Shown here piece after piece: positions 1 to 11,749 of a stretch of DNA of 64,000 nucleotides. The stretch covers positions 1 to 64,000 of the forward strand of contig FLMG01000547.1 in the NCBI GenBank assembly GCA_900088475.1. The letters run 5' to 3'. The position numbers and the translations under genes are program-made. Source of the DNA: Hyphochytrium catenoides. Taxonomy: Eukaryota > Protista > Hyphochytriomycota. The first letter of the stretch is position 1, and each line of letters opens with the position of its first letter. Below the pieces are notes generated by a model. The model saw only the letters and a list, made by a program, of their open reading frames with translations, did no database searches and was not told where the DNA came from.

Positions 1-1016
1 GCCATCCATTTCTCTCTCTCTCTCTCTTCATTCTGCGCTTTGGGAACTCTAAATCCTGCTGCTTTAGCGTCTGACTGAGCTCGATCTTCCGCCTGATCTG
101 ACTGTGTGCTGGATCTTTCTCCATCTCAGTATTGCAAGCTGAGCATCCAGATCTCCCTCCTCGCCTCTCTCTCTCAAGGAGAGGAAGAAGGGAAAAGGAG
201 CTGAGTGCGTAGAAAAAGGTCTTTGGGATGATGTCTTCAGACTTTCGGCAAAAGTACTCAACTGCCTCGGTAACCTCGGTGACCTCATCCCGAGTCCCTG
301 TCCCGGCATCTGGAGCGCTGCGTACCAAAACTATTCCCGATAGCATACCAACACTAGTCCCGATATTTGACCCTGATTAGAGTAAGCCATTCTGAGGCTG
401 CATGTACGAAATCAGAAGTCAGCCGAAGATCCGCGGCCACCATAGCAATGGCCATCGCTGCTGGGTCTGGTCCAGGCAAAAGCTGTTGTTGTTCCAGACG
501 GAACTTTCGAAAACGATGTCGTCGTAAAAGTCCGCTGTCAGGAGCAGATTGCTCGCCTGCTATCTTGATTGTAGAGAGGCTGCATTGGACTCTCCCTGCC
601 AATTGACATATTGTCGCTCTCCTTAGTGTCTTTTCTGCTTACTCGGTGCCGAAGGATTCAAGGTCTTCTTCTCCACCGATAAGCCCTTTCTCCTCCTCTC
701 TCTGTGTCTCTCTCTTTCATTGTTCAAGCTCCTCTATCTATTGCACTGAGTCCTGTTCTCATTGTCCATCTACTGTTGTTTCTCTTTATGCGTCTCTCTC
801 TCTCTCTCTAATTCTGGTCCCCGATCTCTCGTTTTCCTTTCTGAGCTCAAAAAGTGACTGCTGAAACGGAGACGAAGAAAGAGGAAGCTCCACTTTTCCG
901 CCACAGTCTCTCCGCCCGCTAGAGAGATACTCTTGAGTAAAAGAAGTAAATGAGATATAGGACTATGGTGCTTATTAAGCAAGGTAGAGAAAAAGAGTAG
1001 AGATAGATAGATAGAT

Positions 1017-1140
1017 GGAGAGAGAGAGAGGAGGAGAGAGAGAGACAAGGAGAGAGAGAGAGACAAGGAGAGAGAGAGAGACAGTGAGAGAGAAAGAGAG
1101 ACGAAGAGAGAGAGAGAGAGCCAGAAAGAGAAAGAGAGAG
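1017..1140. repeat. (GA)n microsatellite / purine-rich low-complexity tract
   Basis: Long gagaga runs with a short internal tandem unit (gagagagagacaaggag); similar tracts at ~3237-3262 and (CT)n at ~4550-4760 and ~8160-8290. Confidence 0.95.
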
Positions 1141-2795
1141 ATAGCCCATCGTCAAGTTCTCTCTCTGACTGTGTTGTTCTTGCGCTTTTCGGTCCCTGCT
1201 GCAGCAAAGGGAAATCATCGCTTCGGCATTGCCTGTCAGATTGATATAGTGGTCTAGGGGAAGGAGAAGAGAGAGAGAGGCAGTACTATGTCTCTTCGGT
1301 GAGATTGTCGGAAGAGCAAGAGGTGCCTCATCCTTCCGAGAAAGAGGAGATGACGATATCTTCTCTTGTTGAGGAGAAAACTAAACACTCTCCTGGACTT
1401 TGTCTTTGTTAGAAGGGAAGAGATGCTGACTTCTTCTTGTTAGGGTCTCGATCTGCCCTCTCTTGGCCCGACAACGTCATCGACAGAACAGACTTCTTTC
1501 CGCCTCACTGATATCAGCTTACAGCAAATCTCCGGGGCTCCTTTCTCTGCCAGAACTGGCTCTGATCCTCATTCTTCTGTCCCTCACCTTACTACCTAAT
1601 GAGGTCTATCTACTCTGGTTATTTGCAATCTCCCTTAACTTCTCAGCAGCCTCTGAGGCTAGAAAGTCAGTCACATGATGTGATGGCTCTGTCCGAACAC
1701 ACGAAGCTACTGACGGAGCAATTTCTATTGTACAAATCGATTAGTAGTAGAGTTAAATCACGAAGGCGTCAGAGACAACGCTGGCCAATTGGTGGCACGG
1801 GAGGAGGAGCAGCTATTTCAGATCAATCGGCTGATAAAATACTGGTTGTTCGTTGATCTATCAACATACATATCTGAGCTCCTTACTGCGCTTCATCGCA
1901 TGCCAACCGGTACAAATTTCGCAGCACCTGTTGGTCTTTAGAGCCTTCCTCGTGTACAGTATAATCCATTCACTTGTACTGTTCTTATCCTCATCCCAAG
2001 CCGCATAGCTCCTCCGTTCCGTCTATTTATTTGTTCCCCCTGACGAGAATGGAGTCAAGCATGAAGAAGGAGAACAACCGGTGTGTGGTGGGTTTCTGCC
2101 CAAAAAGGCGTTAGCAAAAGAAACTTGTGGCCTTGTGTTCCAAGTGTCCTCCCAGGCCCTCTGCTCTTCTGCTTGCGAAGTGCTCCTACACGTACTAGCA
2201 GCGTTTCATCCCATTCCTGAGTCCCTTTTTTTTTCTCTCTGTAACCCCCGTTGCACGGAGTTCTGCCCGGCACCTCACCTAACTCATCATCAGAATATCG
2301 CTAATGATCAGAAGAACATGATGACTGTCAACAAGGAGGGTTGAGCGAAGAGACAAAGAGAGAGACAACATTTAGCAATAATAGGGACTGAAGAAAATTA
2401 ATTAGTTATAGAAACGTATACACGAGACATGAGAGAGAAAGAGTGCTATGGAAGAGAGAGCCGATAGCACATAGAGAAGCAATGAGGTGATAGAGAGCGC
2501 TGGAATTAGTTAACCGTTGACGCTCAGGTCAAAAGGGGAAGGAAAGCTGCTCTTTAGAAATCGGTTAGCCAGACACTTGCTGGAAAAAGCAGAGGGAGAG
2601 AACAGGCAGCAGTAGGAAGCTGATGAAGTCTTGGCGTTAAAGGTATTTAAGAAGATAGAGAGAAATTTAACAAGGAGAAGAAAAGACAGAGAGTAAAGAG
2701 TAGTAGAAAAGATAGGGAGTGAGACTGATCGAGGGAAGAGGCCAAATAAAGCAGAAGCAAAAACCGGGAGCGACGGTGGCAACAACTAGGTATCA

Positions 2796-2847
2796 NNNNN
2801 NNNNNNNNNNNNNNNNNNNNNNNNNNNNNNNNNNNNNNNNNNNNNNN
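2796..2847. other. Assembly gap (52 N)
   Basis: Run of n characters. Confidence 1.
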
Positions 2848-3232
2848 GAAGAGCTAATCAGAGGAAGAGTTAAAAGCACTGAAACAGTAGTGTGGGGGCT
2901 TTCCAAGAAAGCGCGAACAAAAAAGAGCCATTAAAGCGCTAACTCAAAAGAGAGCAAGAGGGCCGCCGCTGCTTTAAACTTGGCTAGAAGAATAGAAGAG
3001 TGGGCAAGTAGGAGAGAGGCAGACGCCGGATGGAATGGAGAATCTCTTTACTGTTTGCTGTTTGTGTCAGTCCAATAAACGAGGGGAAAGTATTGTAGGA
3101 AAAGGAGGGAACTTGGGGAGGAAGTATAGAGGAGGACGGCCCAGACGGCGTACTAATGAGCTCTTTATACCTAAATGTGAATGATGCAAAAGGCAGAGAG
3201 ATTAAGAGGACAGAGGGGTTACCGGACAGGAA

Positions 3233-3263
<31 letters not shown>

Positions 3264-3771
3264 CAGCGGAGGCAGGCAAGTTTGACCGAAGAGAAGAATA
3301 GCAGGAACAGGAGGACGGGAGAACGGAAAAGGGGGAGAATATGAAAATAGACAGAGAGAGGGAGAAGGGGAGAGTTACCTGCAGAAAATTGAAGACAAAC
3401 AAAAAGAGAGAAAAGAGGGAGAGCAAGCCTGAGAAGAAGGATCTAAAGGAGATGCTGAATTCGAAAGAAATACGGCAGAGTGAGGAAAGGAGAGAGAAAG
3501 ACAATAGAGAATGGACAAAGAAGAAGATTAATCGATAATAGGATGCTGCAATAATAAGACGGCCATCCTGGACAGCTTACCTTTAGAAATGAGAGTCGTC
3601 TAAGGCGATATTGACTCCCGGTTTCGTTTCCTCTAGAGTCTGCTGCTCGTTACAGTGTCCACCTCAGCAGGCAGGACCAAACGCGTCAGATGGTAATCAA
3701 ACAGAAGAGAGAGAATGTACATTCATAAAAAAGATGTAAGTTGGGGTGCAGGCTAGAAGAGAAGAGAACAA

Positions 3772-4500
3772 CAAGAACGCGGGCGAAAGGCTACCGGTGA
3801 CAGCTTTATTGAGGTTGCTTCTTAGACGGGAAGAGGGAGAATGCAAAAGATGTAATGAGCTTCAGAGCTGATGCGGCGGTGCTTCCGAAAGGAATAAGTG
3901 AGCCAGTTTTGAAGGAAATTCTTATGCCTGAGCGAACAAGAGGAGTTGGGTCACTATTTAATAAGCTACGCTTTTCCATGTGTGCTGCACAATAGCTCCA
4001 TCTCTATGAAAGCAGACTAGCCGGACACCCAGCAATAGAGTACTACGCAGAGGAGAGCTTAGAAAGCAAGCAACAAGAAGCCTAAGAAGAAGTGGTGGAC
4101 CTCGATAACAGTACGTACGAAGCAGCAAGCAGGGGGGAAGAAAAGAAGGAGAAAGAAGAGGGGAGGACATAAATTCGCTGGAGCGCCGCCGGTGTTAGAA
4201 CCACCGCAGCACCAGGAGTTCGCCCTTCTCAAAAGGAACTGCTTCATCTCGCCTTATTGCTCCTAAGTAACCGCCGCCCGACACTGCCCGTCCCACCAAC
4301 AAGAGCTAGGGGGCTAAAAGAAAGGAGCGAGGAGTCCAATGTGGCCCTTTAGTGACCAGAAATATCACTAGATCTGTGCCTCTTCTCCTCCTTTCCCCTC
4401 AGTCCCATCTTGCTAAGTCCTCTTCTTTTCTCGTCGCCCTCACAGTTCTTCATCTCTCTTCTCTCTATCGTTCTCTCTCCTCTCTGATACTGTCTCACAC
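3772..4500. repeat. Diverged direct repeat, copy 1 (~750 bp)
   Basis: Collinear with 7385-8128. Shared blocks include cagctttattgagg..gcttcttagacg, agcagactag, caagaagcctaaga, aactgcttcatctcgccttattg, ccgacactgcccgtcccaccaacaagagctag and ctgatactgtctcacac. Confidence 0.9.
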
Positions 4501-7384
4501 GCTCCTGCTTCTCTCGTTTTTCTCGCACTTCTCTCCCTCTCTCCCCCTTTTTCTCTCTCTCTCTCTCTCCCTCCTAAACCCGAACGGTAAGCAGGCACAG
4601 GAGCGTGGTTGCAAGCACTACCTATGATTGTTGGCAAGCCCTTTGATGCTTGCACAGCAGCCCTTTGGTCGGCGTCTGCCCTCCTCTTCTTCTTCTTGTT
4701 GCTCTCTCTCTCTCTTTCTCTCTCTCTTCATCTCCCTCTTTCTCTCTCCCGTCTCTCTCACGCTTTCCTCCCTCCCTCAAGAAACAAGCTCCGCTCCTGG
4801 TCTGTTAGGCTGCTCTTGGTTTCTCTGCTTGAAAGCTTCATTATCAGTAGGGTGATTATAAAGTGTTCGTGGGGTTTCTCCTTTCCTCTCCATCACAGGA
4901 AGAGAGATCCGTCATCGTACTGACGACTGAGACTCGCTCGGGAAGAGAAGGTAGAGAGAGTTACCGCGCGTCACTAGGGAAAAAAGGCGAAAGAGAAACA
5001 ATCAAAAAGGAAAGTGCCATCACTCGGATGATAGGGATGGAGGAGAAATAGACATACTTTGCAGGCCTGCAGAGCGTCCTCTAGGGCTCCCATAAAAGGT
5101 CGTCTCGATAGTCCTTAGGGTTTTCCTGCGCGTCCGGCACGTGGGAGAGGAGAGAAAGAGAGAGAAACAGCGAAGAGCAGGTCTGTAGAATCTCCATCAC
5201 AGAGGCCAGTTCGCCACTAACCATCTAGCAACAGGGCAGCAGGCATGAGGAAGAGACAGACAGCCTGTCAGAGCTATGCCAGAAGAAAGAAGGAATACAT
5301 TTAGGAAAGAAAGAGAGACTAAACGGGAGAGCGACAGAAAGAGAAAGAGAGAGAAGCTGTAATAACAGGACTAGAGACCAGTTTCAGTATGACAATAGGC
5401 GAAGAGGAGGCTGGCGTATTCTTCACCTTCAGTTGTTGGCAAGCTTTGTTCCCTGCTTTTCTCCCCTCCAAGAGTTGCGTTTCCATTTCCTCCTTTTGAG
5501 AAGGAAGAGCCAATGCTGCCTCTTCTTCGTTCTTCTTAAGAGCAGCTTCGTGGTTCCTGACAATCTTTTCTCTCCCTTCCTTAGCCTTTGTTGCAATAGC
5601 AGCGATCCTGTCGCCAGCACCTCTTCCTCTCTCTCTTCCTCTCTCTCTCTGACTGCAGAGGTCATTCTCCCTCCTTCTCTTCCAGCATATGCTGGACTTC
5701 CTTCTCGGTGCTCTTCCCTCTCTTGGAATCGTCTCTTTTCTATCTCTCTTTCCTTCTCCTTCAGAACTGCTCAAACGTTTCATGAACCTTTGCCAGCGTC
5801 TCTTCAATCTCTTTCTTCTGTCCTTTCTCCGCAACCTCCTGCATTTCGTTGTCATATTCCTCTTTCTGGGCCTTTTTTGTCTGGCTCTCAAATTTTCTCT
5901 CCTTCTTGCTGTCAAGTTTCGTCACCGAAGGTTGCTTGCAGGTCTGCCAGTTTCAAGTCTCCTTCATTTTGAGAACCGGAGACTTCTATCTCGTGAGCCT
6001 CTTTCAACGCTAGAGAGAGAGACTGAAAAGGAGGAAAAGAGAGAGACAGGATACAGAGAAAGGTTATTCAAGAAAAGATGATTGAATAGTGAAGATGGTG
6101 GGCGGAAGAAGATAAAGAATTGGAAGTTCAACCGACTAGGAGAGCAACCGAAAGATAAAAGCAAAGAATCTGGAGCGGCGCGCACCTTGAAGAGCATCCT
6201 CTCTAGTCTTCATCTCCTTTTGAACTCCATCGCATTGTTTTTCCAAGGTCTCTACCGCTTGCAGAGCCTCAGCCAGCGCTGACTCTTTCTCTTCTCTCTC
6301 TCCCTTGACCTATCAAGGAAGTAAGGGTGGAGGCGAAGAAAGATAAACTAAAGGAAAAGGCAGAAGCCTGGCAAGGTGGAAAGAGACACTCGCTTCCATC
6401 CATCTCTTGCTCGCCGTAAGCTGCATATTTCCTGGCAAAAATCAAGCCCATTATTTCGCAGAAGAGAAGAAAGCGCCGGCGTTTCAAAGAGAGAAACAGA
6501 GAGAACAAGGGAGAAAGATGGAGACAACAATCGTAGAACCATAGGACTTGCCTGCTCAATGTCTCTCTCTCTTCCTTGGCATAATATACGCTGGCTCTCC
6601 CAGTAATTCTGCTAGCTTGATCCTTCTCGACGACTGTAGAGGCTACCTCTTGGGCTGCGACGACCAGACCGGAGGAGCAAAGAAGAGACATGGCACTGGA
6701 TCAAGAAGAGAGAAACGAGAGCCAGCATCTCCGGAGGGGACGTATATCGAAGAAGAACCGACCTATAAGCTAAAGTATATTCGGATACCTTTCTGCTCTT
6801 TGTGAACCGTCATTTCTGCAGTTCGCTTTGCGGTGAGGAGAGATTCTTAACCAATTCTCTCTCTCTCGGATGTCACCTCCAGCTTCTCTCTCCGGTGCTG
6901 CAGCCATAATAAGAGAGATGTAAAGAGACAGAAAAGAAACCAGACAGAGAGGAAGAGTCAGCTAACGACTGTCAGCAAAATAATAGTGCAAGAGGGAGAC
7001 CGATAGGTATGCTGACAAAGGAAAAAAGAGAGAGACCCAAGAGATAGATGGTGACAGAGAGAAGCACTACGCAGTATGAATAGGTGAGAAGGAACTTCTT
7101 CAGGATTTTCCCCTTCTTCTGGACCTGCAAAGACTCTTCCAATCTCATTATCTCCTCTTCCTCTCTCCTCTGTTCCCTGTCAGCGTATTCTTGAAGGAGC
7201 TCAAGCATCTTCTCTGTCTCATTCTCTGCCTCCTCATGGGCGTTGACTTGATAGGGAATCTGCTCCGTGAGGGTGTCATGATCCTCCTGCGGAGTCGGAG
7301 AGAAGGACCTTGACAGAGAATGAAGAAAAACAAAGTAGAGGACTGGCCATAGATGATGAGAGAAGGATGGAGAGGACACAACAC

Positions 7385-8128
7385 GAACGCGGGCGGCGTA
7401 AGGCTACGCGCTTACAGCTTTATTGAGGCTGCTTCTTAGACGCAGAAGCATAAATGACTATTGGAAGAGGAGAATGCAAAGACGTAATGCGCTGCAGAGC
7501 TGATGACGGCGGTGCGGCACACGCTGAACAGCGAAGATTAGCAATGAAGAAGAGCAGTGGGGGGATGGTAACCATTGATGATAGTCTTCGATCTTCTGTG
7601 TGTGCTGCACAACAGCTCCGTCTCCGAGAGAAGCAGACTAGCAGGAGACCCATGATGCAAGACAGTACGCAAAGGAGAGCATAGAGAAGAGAGCACCAAG
7701 AAGCCTAAGACGTAGGAGGAGGACCTCCATAGCAATACGTACGAGCAAGCAGGGAGAAAAAAGGAAAAGAGGAAGAAGAGTGGAGGACATAAGTTCGCTG
7801 GAACGCCGCCGGTAGTAAAACCACCGCAGCAGAAGAAGTTCGCGCTTCTTCCCTTAAAGAACTGCTTCATCTCGCCTTATTGTTCCTAAACAACCGCCAC
7901 CCGACACTGCCCGTCCCACCAACAAGAGCTAGCGGGCTTGAAGGAAGGAGGAGCTAGGAGTCAAATGTGGCCCTTCAGTGACCAGATAAGTACTACTAGA
8001 TCTGTACCTCCTCTTATCCTCAGTTCCCGTCTCTCCCATGTGAAGTCCTCTTCTGTTCCCACCCCCCTCCCTTTCTCCATCTTTCTTTCTATCACGCACT
8101 CTTTCTCCGATCTGATACTGTCTCACAC
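7385..8128. repeat. Diverged direct repeat, copy 2 (~750 bp)
   Basis: See copy 1. Both copies give minus-strand ORFs beginning MKQF...AN..CCGG..TGG.PANLCPPLFFL (ATG at 4247 and 7870). Confidence 0.9.
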
Positions 8129-9511
8129 CTCTCTCCTTTTCTATTTCTCGTTAACCTATCCCTCTCTCTCTCTTTCCCTCTCTCTTTGTCTCTCTGTTTC
8201 CTGTCTCTCTCTCTTTCTCTCTCTCTCTTTCTCTCTGTGTTTCCTGTCTCTCTCTCTCTGTCTCTCTCTCTCCCTATTCACTCTCTCTCTCCCTCCTCCC
8301 CCATCTCCACCATCAATCTCTTAACCGTCTCTTGGAGGCTCTAAGATAGGGTTGAGGTTTCTTGAAGGATCTCTATTCTTCTTCGTCATCCGCTCAAGCC
8401 GCCCCTTGTTTGCTGTCGTACCGTCTATTTCCCTACGCCTCCCTCTTCTCTACTCTGCCGTCGACTTCCTAACCTTCTCTCTGAGGCTCTAGAATATGAT
8501 TTAGCTTTCTTTTATTAAAAGGTTCCCATCTTTCTTCCGTCGTCCAAGCCGCTTGCTGCCTGCTTTCCGCTGCTCGCAGCTGCTGTCGTACAGCCGTGTG
8601 ATAACGGCAGCTAATAGTGCGATCTGTTTTGAGTGAATGCTTGCATGTGAACCAAAGCCTCCAGTTAACAGCTTGGTGCCTTTTGTCCCCTAGCGCTGCG
8701 CGGTGTGTGTAAGAGAGCTGGTTAGCACAACCTTGTTAGCCAAAGTATAGTTTAGATATTAATTTCTGGTGGAGAAGCCGGTGACGAGTTTGTCACTGCG
8801 TACAGACCTGCGGATGAGGTATGTAGCTATTAGAACAGAGAGCGGGATCGACAATGGAAGTTTGGTCCAGATTAGCATTAGCAGAAAGAAGTCTATCAGT
8901 GTCGCTTTTCAGCACCCTTCTCTTCAATGATAGATAATGAAGGAAGAGAGGGAATGCTAGGAAGAGGTTAGGCATAGAGAGTATGATATAAATGAAGGGG
9001 ACCAATGCTTGAGGCCGAGGGGAAGAAGGGCGGTGACGAAGAGTTGCTTAAGTCAAGGCCATCGTTTCACAGTGCATCTAGTAACATCTTAATGACTAAG
9101 AATGTCTTCTCCTTCTCCCCTTACTCCCGGCTTCTTAAGCCCACACTCGAGAGATAGATGTGAAGTCCAGGCTTTTCGATCAAACAGTGACTTGAGATTT
9201 GGCAACATAATGCTAAGCCATATTGCCCCCACTTCCTCTTCCTTTTATTCTTTCGCTTGCCCTTTGTCCGCAGTGTCTCTTTAGGGTCCAAGGATCCTCT
9301 CCATAATAGCACAGTTGGGAAAGCTTTTGCTCTCCTCCCTTCTAATCCGCCCCTTTGACAGCTGCTTAGATACTTTGCAACTCTGTTGTCGATGTCCAGC
9401 TTCATCTCCGTGTAATAAACCATATCCCCTTTTAGATGAATGTCAAGAGGCGCCACCCGCCACTTGCTCATCTTTCGGGCTGAGCAGGATGTATTTGGCA
9501 GAACCTTTAGG

Positions 9512-11044
9512 TCACGAGCCCGAGGGCCCTTTAGCAGGGAGGAAGAGTCCTTCCAGAAAAGAGAGTAATTCGGCTGCTATAACTCTTGTGTGCAGTCCGT
9601 CGGGGTGTACAAGGTCAGCACTTCCTCCCCCTTCAATGACGACTTCCGTAGTTTTGTCTTCAGGCAGGCCACGCAGAAGTGCTGCCTGTGCCGCAGACAC
9701 ATCTCGACCCATCGGATCTAGACTAACGCCGTCACCTCGGACCACAAGCGTTGGAGGGGCGGCGGTCCCTAAGTCTTTGTACCTGTTTTGCATCTCTTCA
9801 GGGGTTGTCAGCCCCCCTTCATCAATGAGCCCTCGGACGATACTTTCAATAACGGGAAGTTCCCTTTCATATTTGCCGGTTAAAAGAGTTCGGTAAATCT
9901 CCCAGAACGCCCGACGGAAGGCACTTGAGTCTGGATTTTCGGATATCTCGCTCAAGGCTTTGATTCCACCAGATCCTTCCTCCCCACTCGTCGGGCCATA
10001 CCTATCGGATAGCTTGTGGGCGACGCCTTCTCCAGTGTTGGGCTGAAAATAAGTTAGAGCCTTGAGAGCAAGCTCTGCCCTTTCCGTCGGAGAAGGAAGT
10101 TTATCTACGATACCAGTTATGGGCGATATCAAGACCTGCGCCCCTACCTTCCCTTTGGACGCAAGCTGGACAGCTATCTCTGCCGAAGTGGAATCAGCAA
10201 CAGCCACAACATCTCTTCTCTCTGAAGTGCTAATGCCGATTTCACTGAGGAACTTATCTACAAAATCTCCTTGCGCGGCAAGAGTGAGATCTTTAGGATC
10301 TGGTTGCCCTTTTCCCACGAACGTTGTCTCACCATTTGCATGACCTCGAAGATCTAAAACAACCACTCTATAAGAGCTGAGGAGCTCGGGGGATGTCGTC
10401 AAAAGATCCACCAACAACGGGTGCCAGGATTCTCCGCTAGAGCCTTCTCGAGCGAGGAAGAGAATAGTCTGCTTCTTGGTTACTTCATTTCCTGGTAGGG
10501 TCCCACTATCGTAGACACTTACGGATTCATCTCCCATTCTTATCTGCTGCTTAGGGCCCAAATGGGTCTCCATGTAAGCCTTTGAAGGCCGAAAATGCTG
10601 GTCTAGGATCCGTTCAAGCTCTCCATCCCGAAGAGAAGGAGGGAGGAATGGTTCTAGGCGTTCAAACCAGGAAGAGTATGCACTCTGGGTTTTGGACTCC
10701 TTACCATCTACGCCCTTTCCTCCTTGTTTTGGGGCTTCCTCAATTCCATTCTTAGGCGGTATGGTGTCCTGCTGTCTACGAGGATTGAAATGGTCCTTAT
10801 TACTATGTCTCCATGAAAATGAAGGCAATTGTTTTGATGGATGAGGAGCCCGTCTGTCATGGCGGCTTATCGCCCAGGGATTGTCGGGGCGTTGCAGGTC
10901 GTTATTTTGGAGCATAGCTGTTGTGGCTGATCTCAAAAGATTTGCCGCCATTCCAACCCGTTGCGCTTGCACTGTAGAAACTGGTAGAAGACTATATTGG
11001 CTTACTAGCTGCCATAATAGAATCAACGTGATCGCTGCAGCCAT
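9512..11044 (-). CDS. Secreted alpha/beta-hydrolase fold protein (510 aa, intronless, degenerate catalytic motifs)
   Basis: Single long ORF with a hydrophobic N-terminus. Motifs TILFLAREGSSGESW, YRVVVLDLRGHA, VVAVADSTSAEIAVQLA (nucleophile elbow), PPTLVVRGD and VIEGGGS...HPD occur in the canonical AB-hydrolase order. Confidence 0.8.
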   Translation of the reverse strand: MAAAITLILLWQLVSQYSLLPVSTVQAQRVGMAANLLRSATTAMLQNNDLQRPDNPWAISRHDRRAPHPSKQLPSFSWRHSNKDHFNPRRQQDTIPPKNGIEEAPKQGGKGVDGKESKTQSAYSSWFERLEPFLPPSLRDGELERILDQHFRPSKAYMETHLGPKQQIRMGDESVSVYDSGTLPGNEVTKKQTILFLAREGSSGESWHPLLVDLLTTSPELLSSYRVVVLDLRGHANGETTFVGKGQPDPKDLTLAAQGDFVDKFLSEIGISTSERRDVVAVADSTSAEIAVQLASKGKVGAQVLISPITGIVDKLPSPTERAELALKALTYFQPNTGEGVAHKLSDRYGPTSGEEGSGGIKALSEISENPDSSAFRRAFWEIYRTLLTGKYERELPVIESIVRGLIDEGGLTTPEEMQNRYKDLGTAAPPTLVVRGDGVSLDPMGRDVSAAQAALLRGLPEDKTTEVVIEGGGSADLVHPDGLHTRVIAAELLSFLEGLFLPAKGPSGS

Positions 11045-11749
11045 TCTGGAGGAGTAAGTGATTCAGGAGGTACTCGCCAATCTAGTCGACTGCCTTGTTG
11101 GCCTGCCCCCTTCCGCCTGAGAAAACCAATCTCCTGATAAGCGCTTCACGTTGTTGCTCTGGCCTTGTTATTGCTGTTTTGTGCTATACGCAGCCAGTGT
11201 CGAGAGTTGCCGGCTTCGGGGGAAAGGCTGCTGCAGGTTGAGCTCTTTTTCCTCTGTGTGTGGTCCTTAAAATTGTATAGAAGAGGTGGAAGAGAGTAAA
11301 GTGAAGTGAAGGGAAGAAGAAAACAAGAAATGTATGACGGCGAGCAGCCTTCTCGTTTCCCATTCACATAGACACCTCGTTGAGACAGAGGGATTTCTCG
11401 GATAGATTTTGTGGACAATCCTTTCTCGCTCGTAGGTTTTTTCTTTACCAAAGCACCCGTCACCCGTCACCCCATCAGGTTCACGACTGGCTCCAGAAGG
11501 CAGCGTGCTCATGAATGACGCATGTTAGACTGCCGTCGGATGGTTCCCAACAAACAGGATGAAAGCTGACGAACTCCACGCAGCCTGGATAAGTAATAAC
11601 AGAGAATATGTGGAGTGGGCAGTGCGTCCTTGATTAGCATTGTACGACCTTCCTCACCACTGCTGCAGCGTCCTCATCAGCGCCAAGGATGGAGACCAAG
11701 AAGAAGGCAGGGATTAGTCAAGAGGAGGAACCACGCATTGAGAGCGAGG

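Noticed and set aside
2510-3200. Possible LINE reverse-transcriptase C-terminal relic (FTFRYKELISTPSG)
   Set aside because: Resemblance is only impressionistic; no YADD/QG motifs were seen.
770-8324. Many 60-200-aa ORFs rich in SLSL/ERER
   Set aside because: They are translation artefacts of (GA)/(CT) tracts.
9121-9471. 116-aa ORF right after the hydrolase
   Set aside because: No motif; probably 3'UTR.
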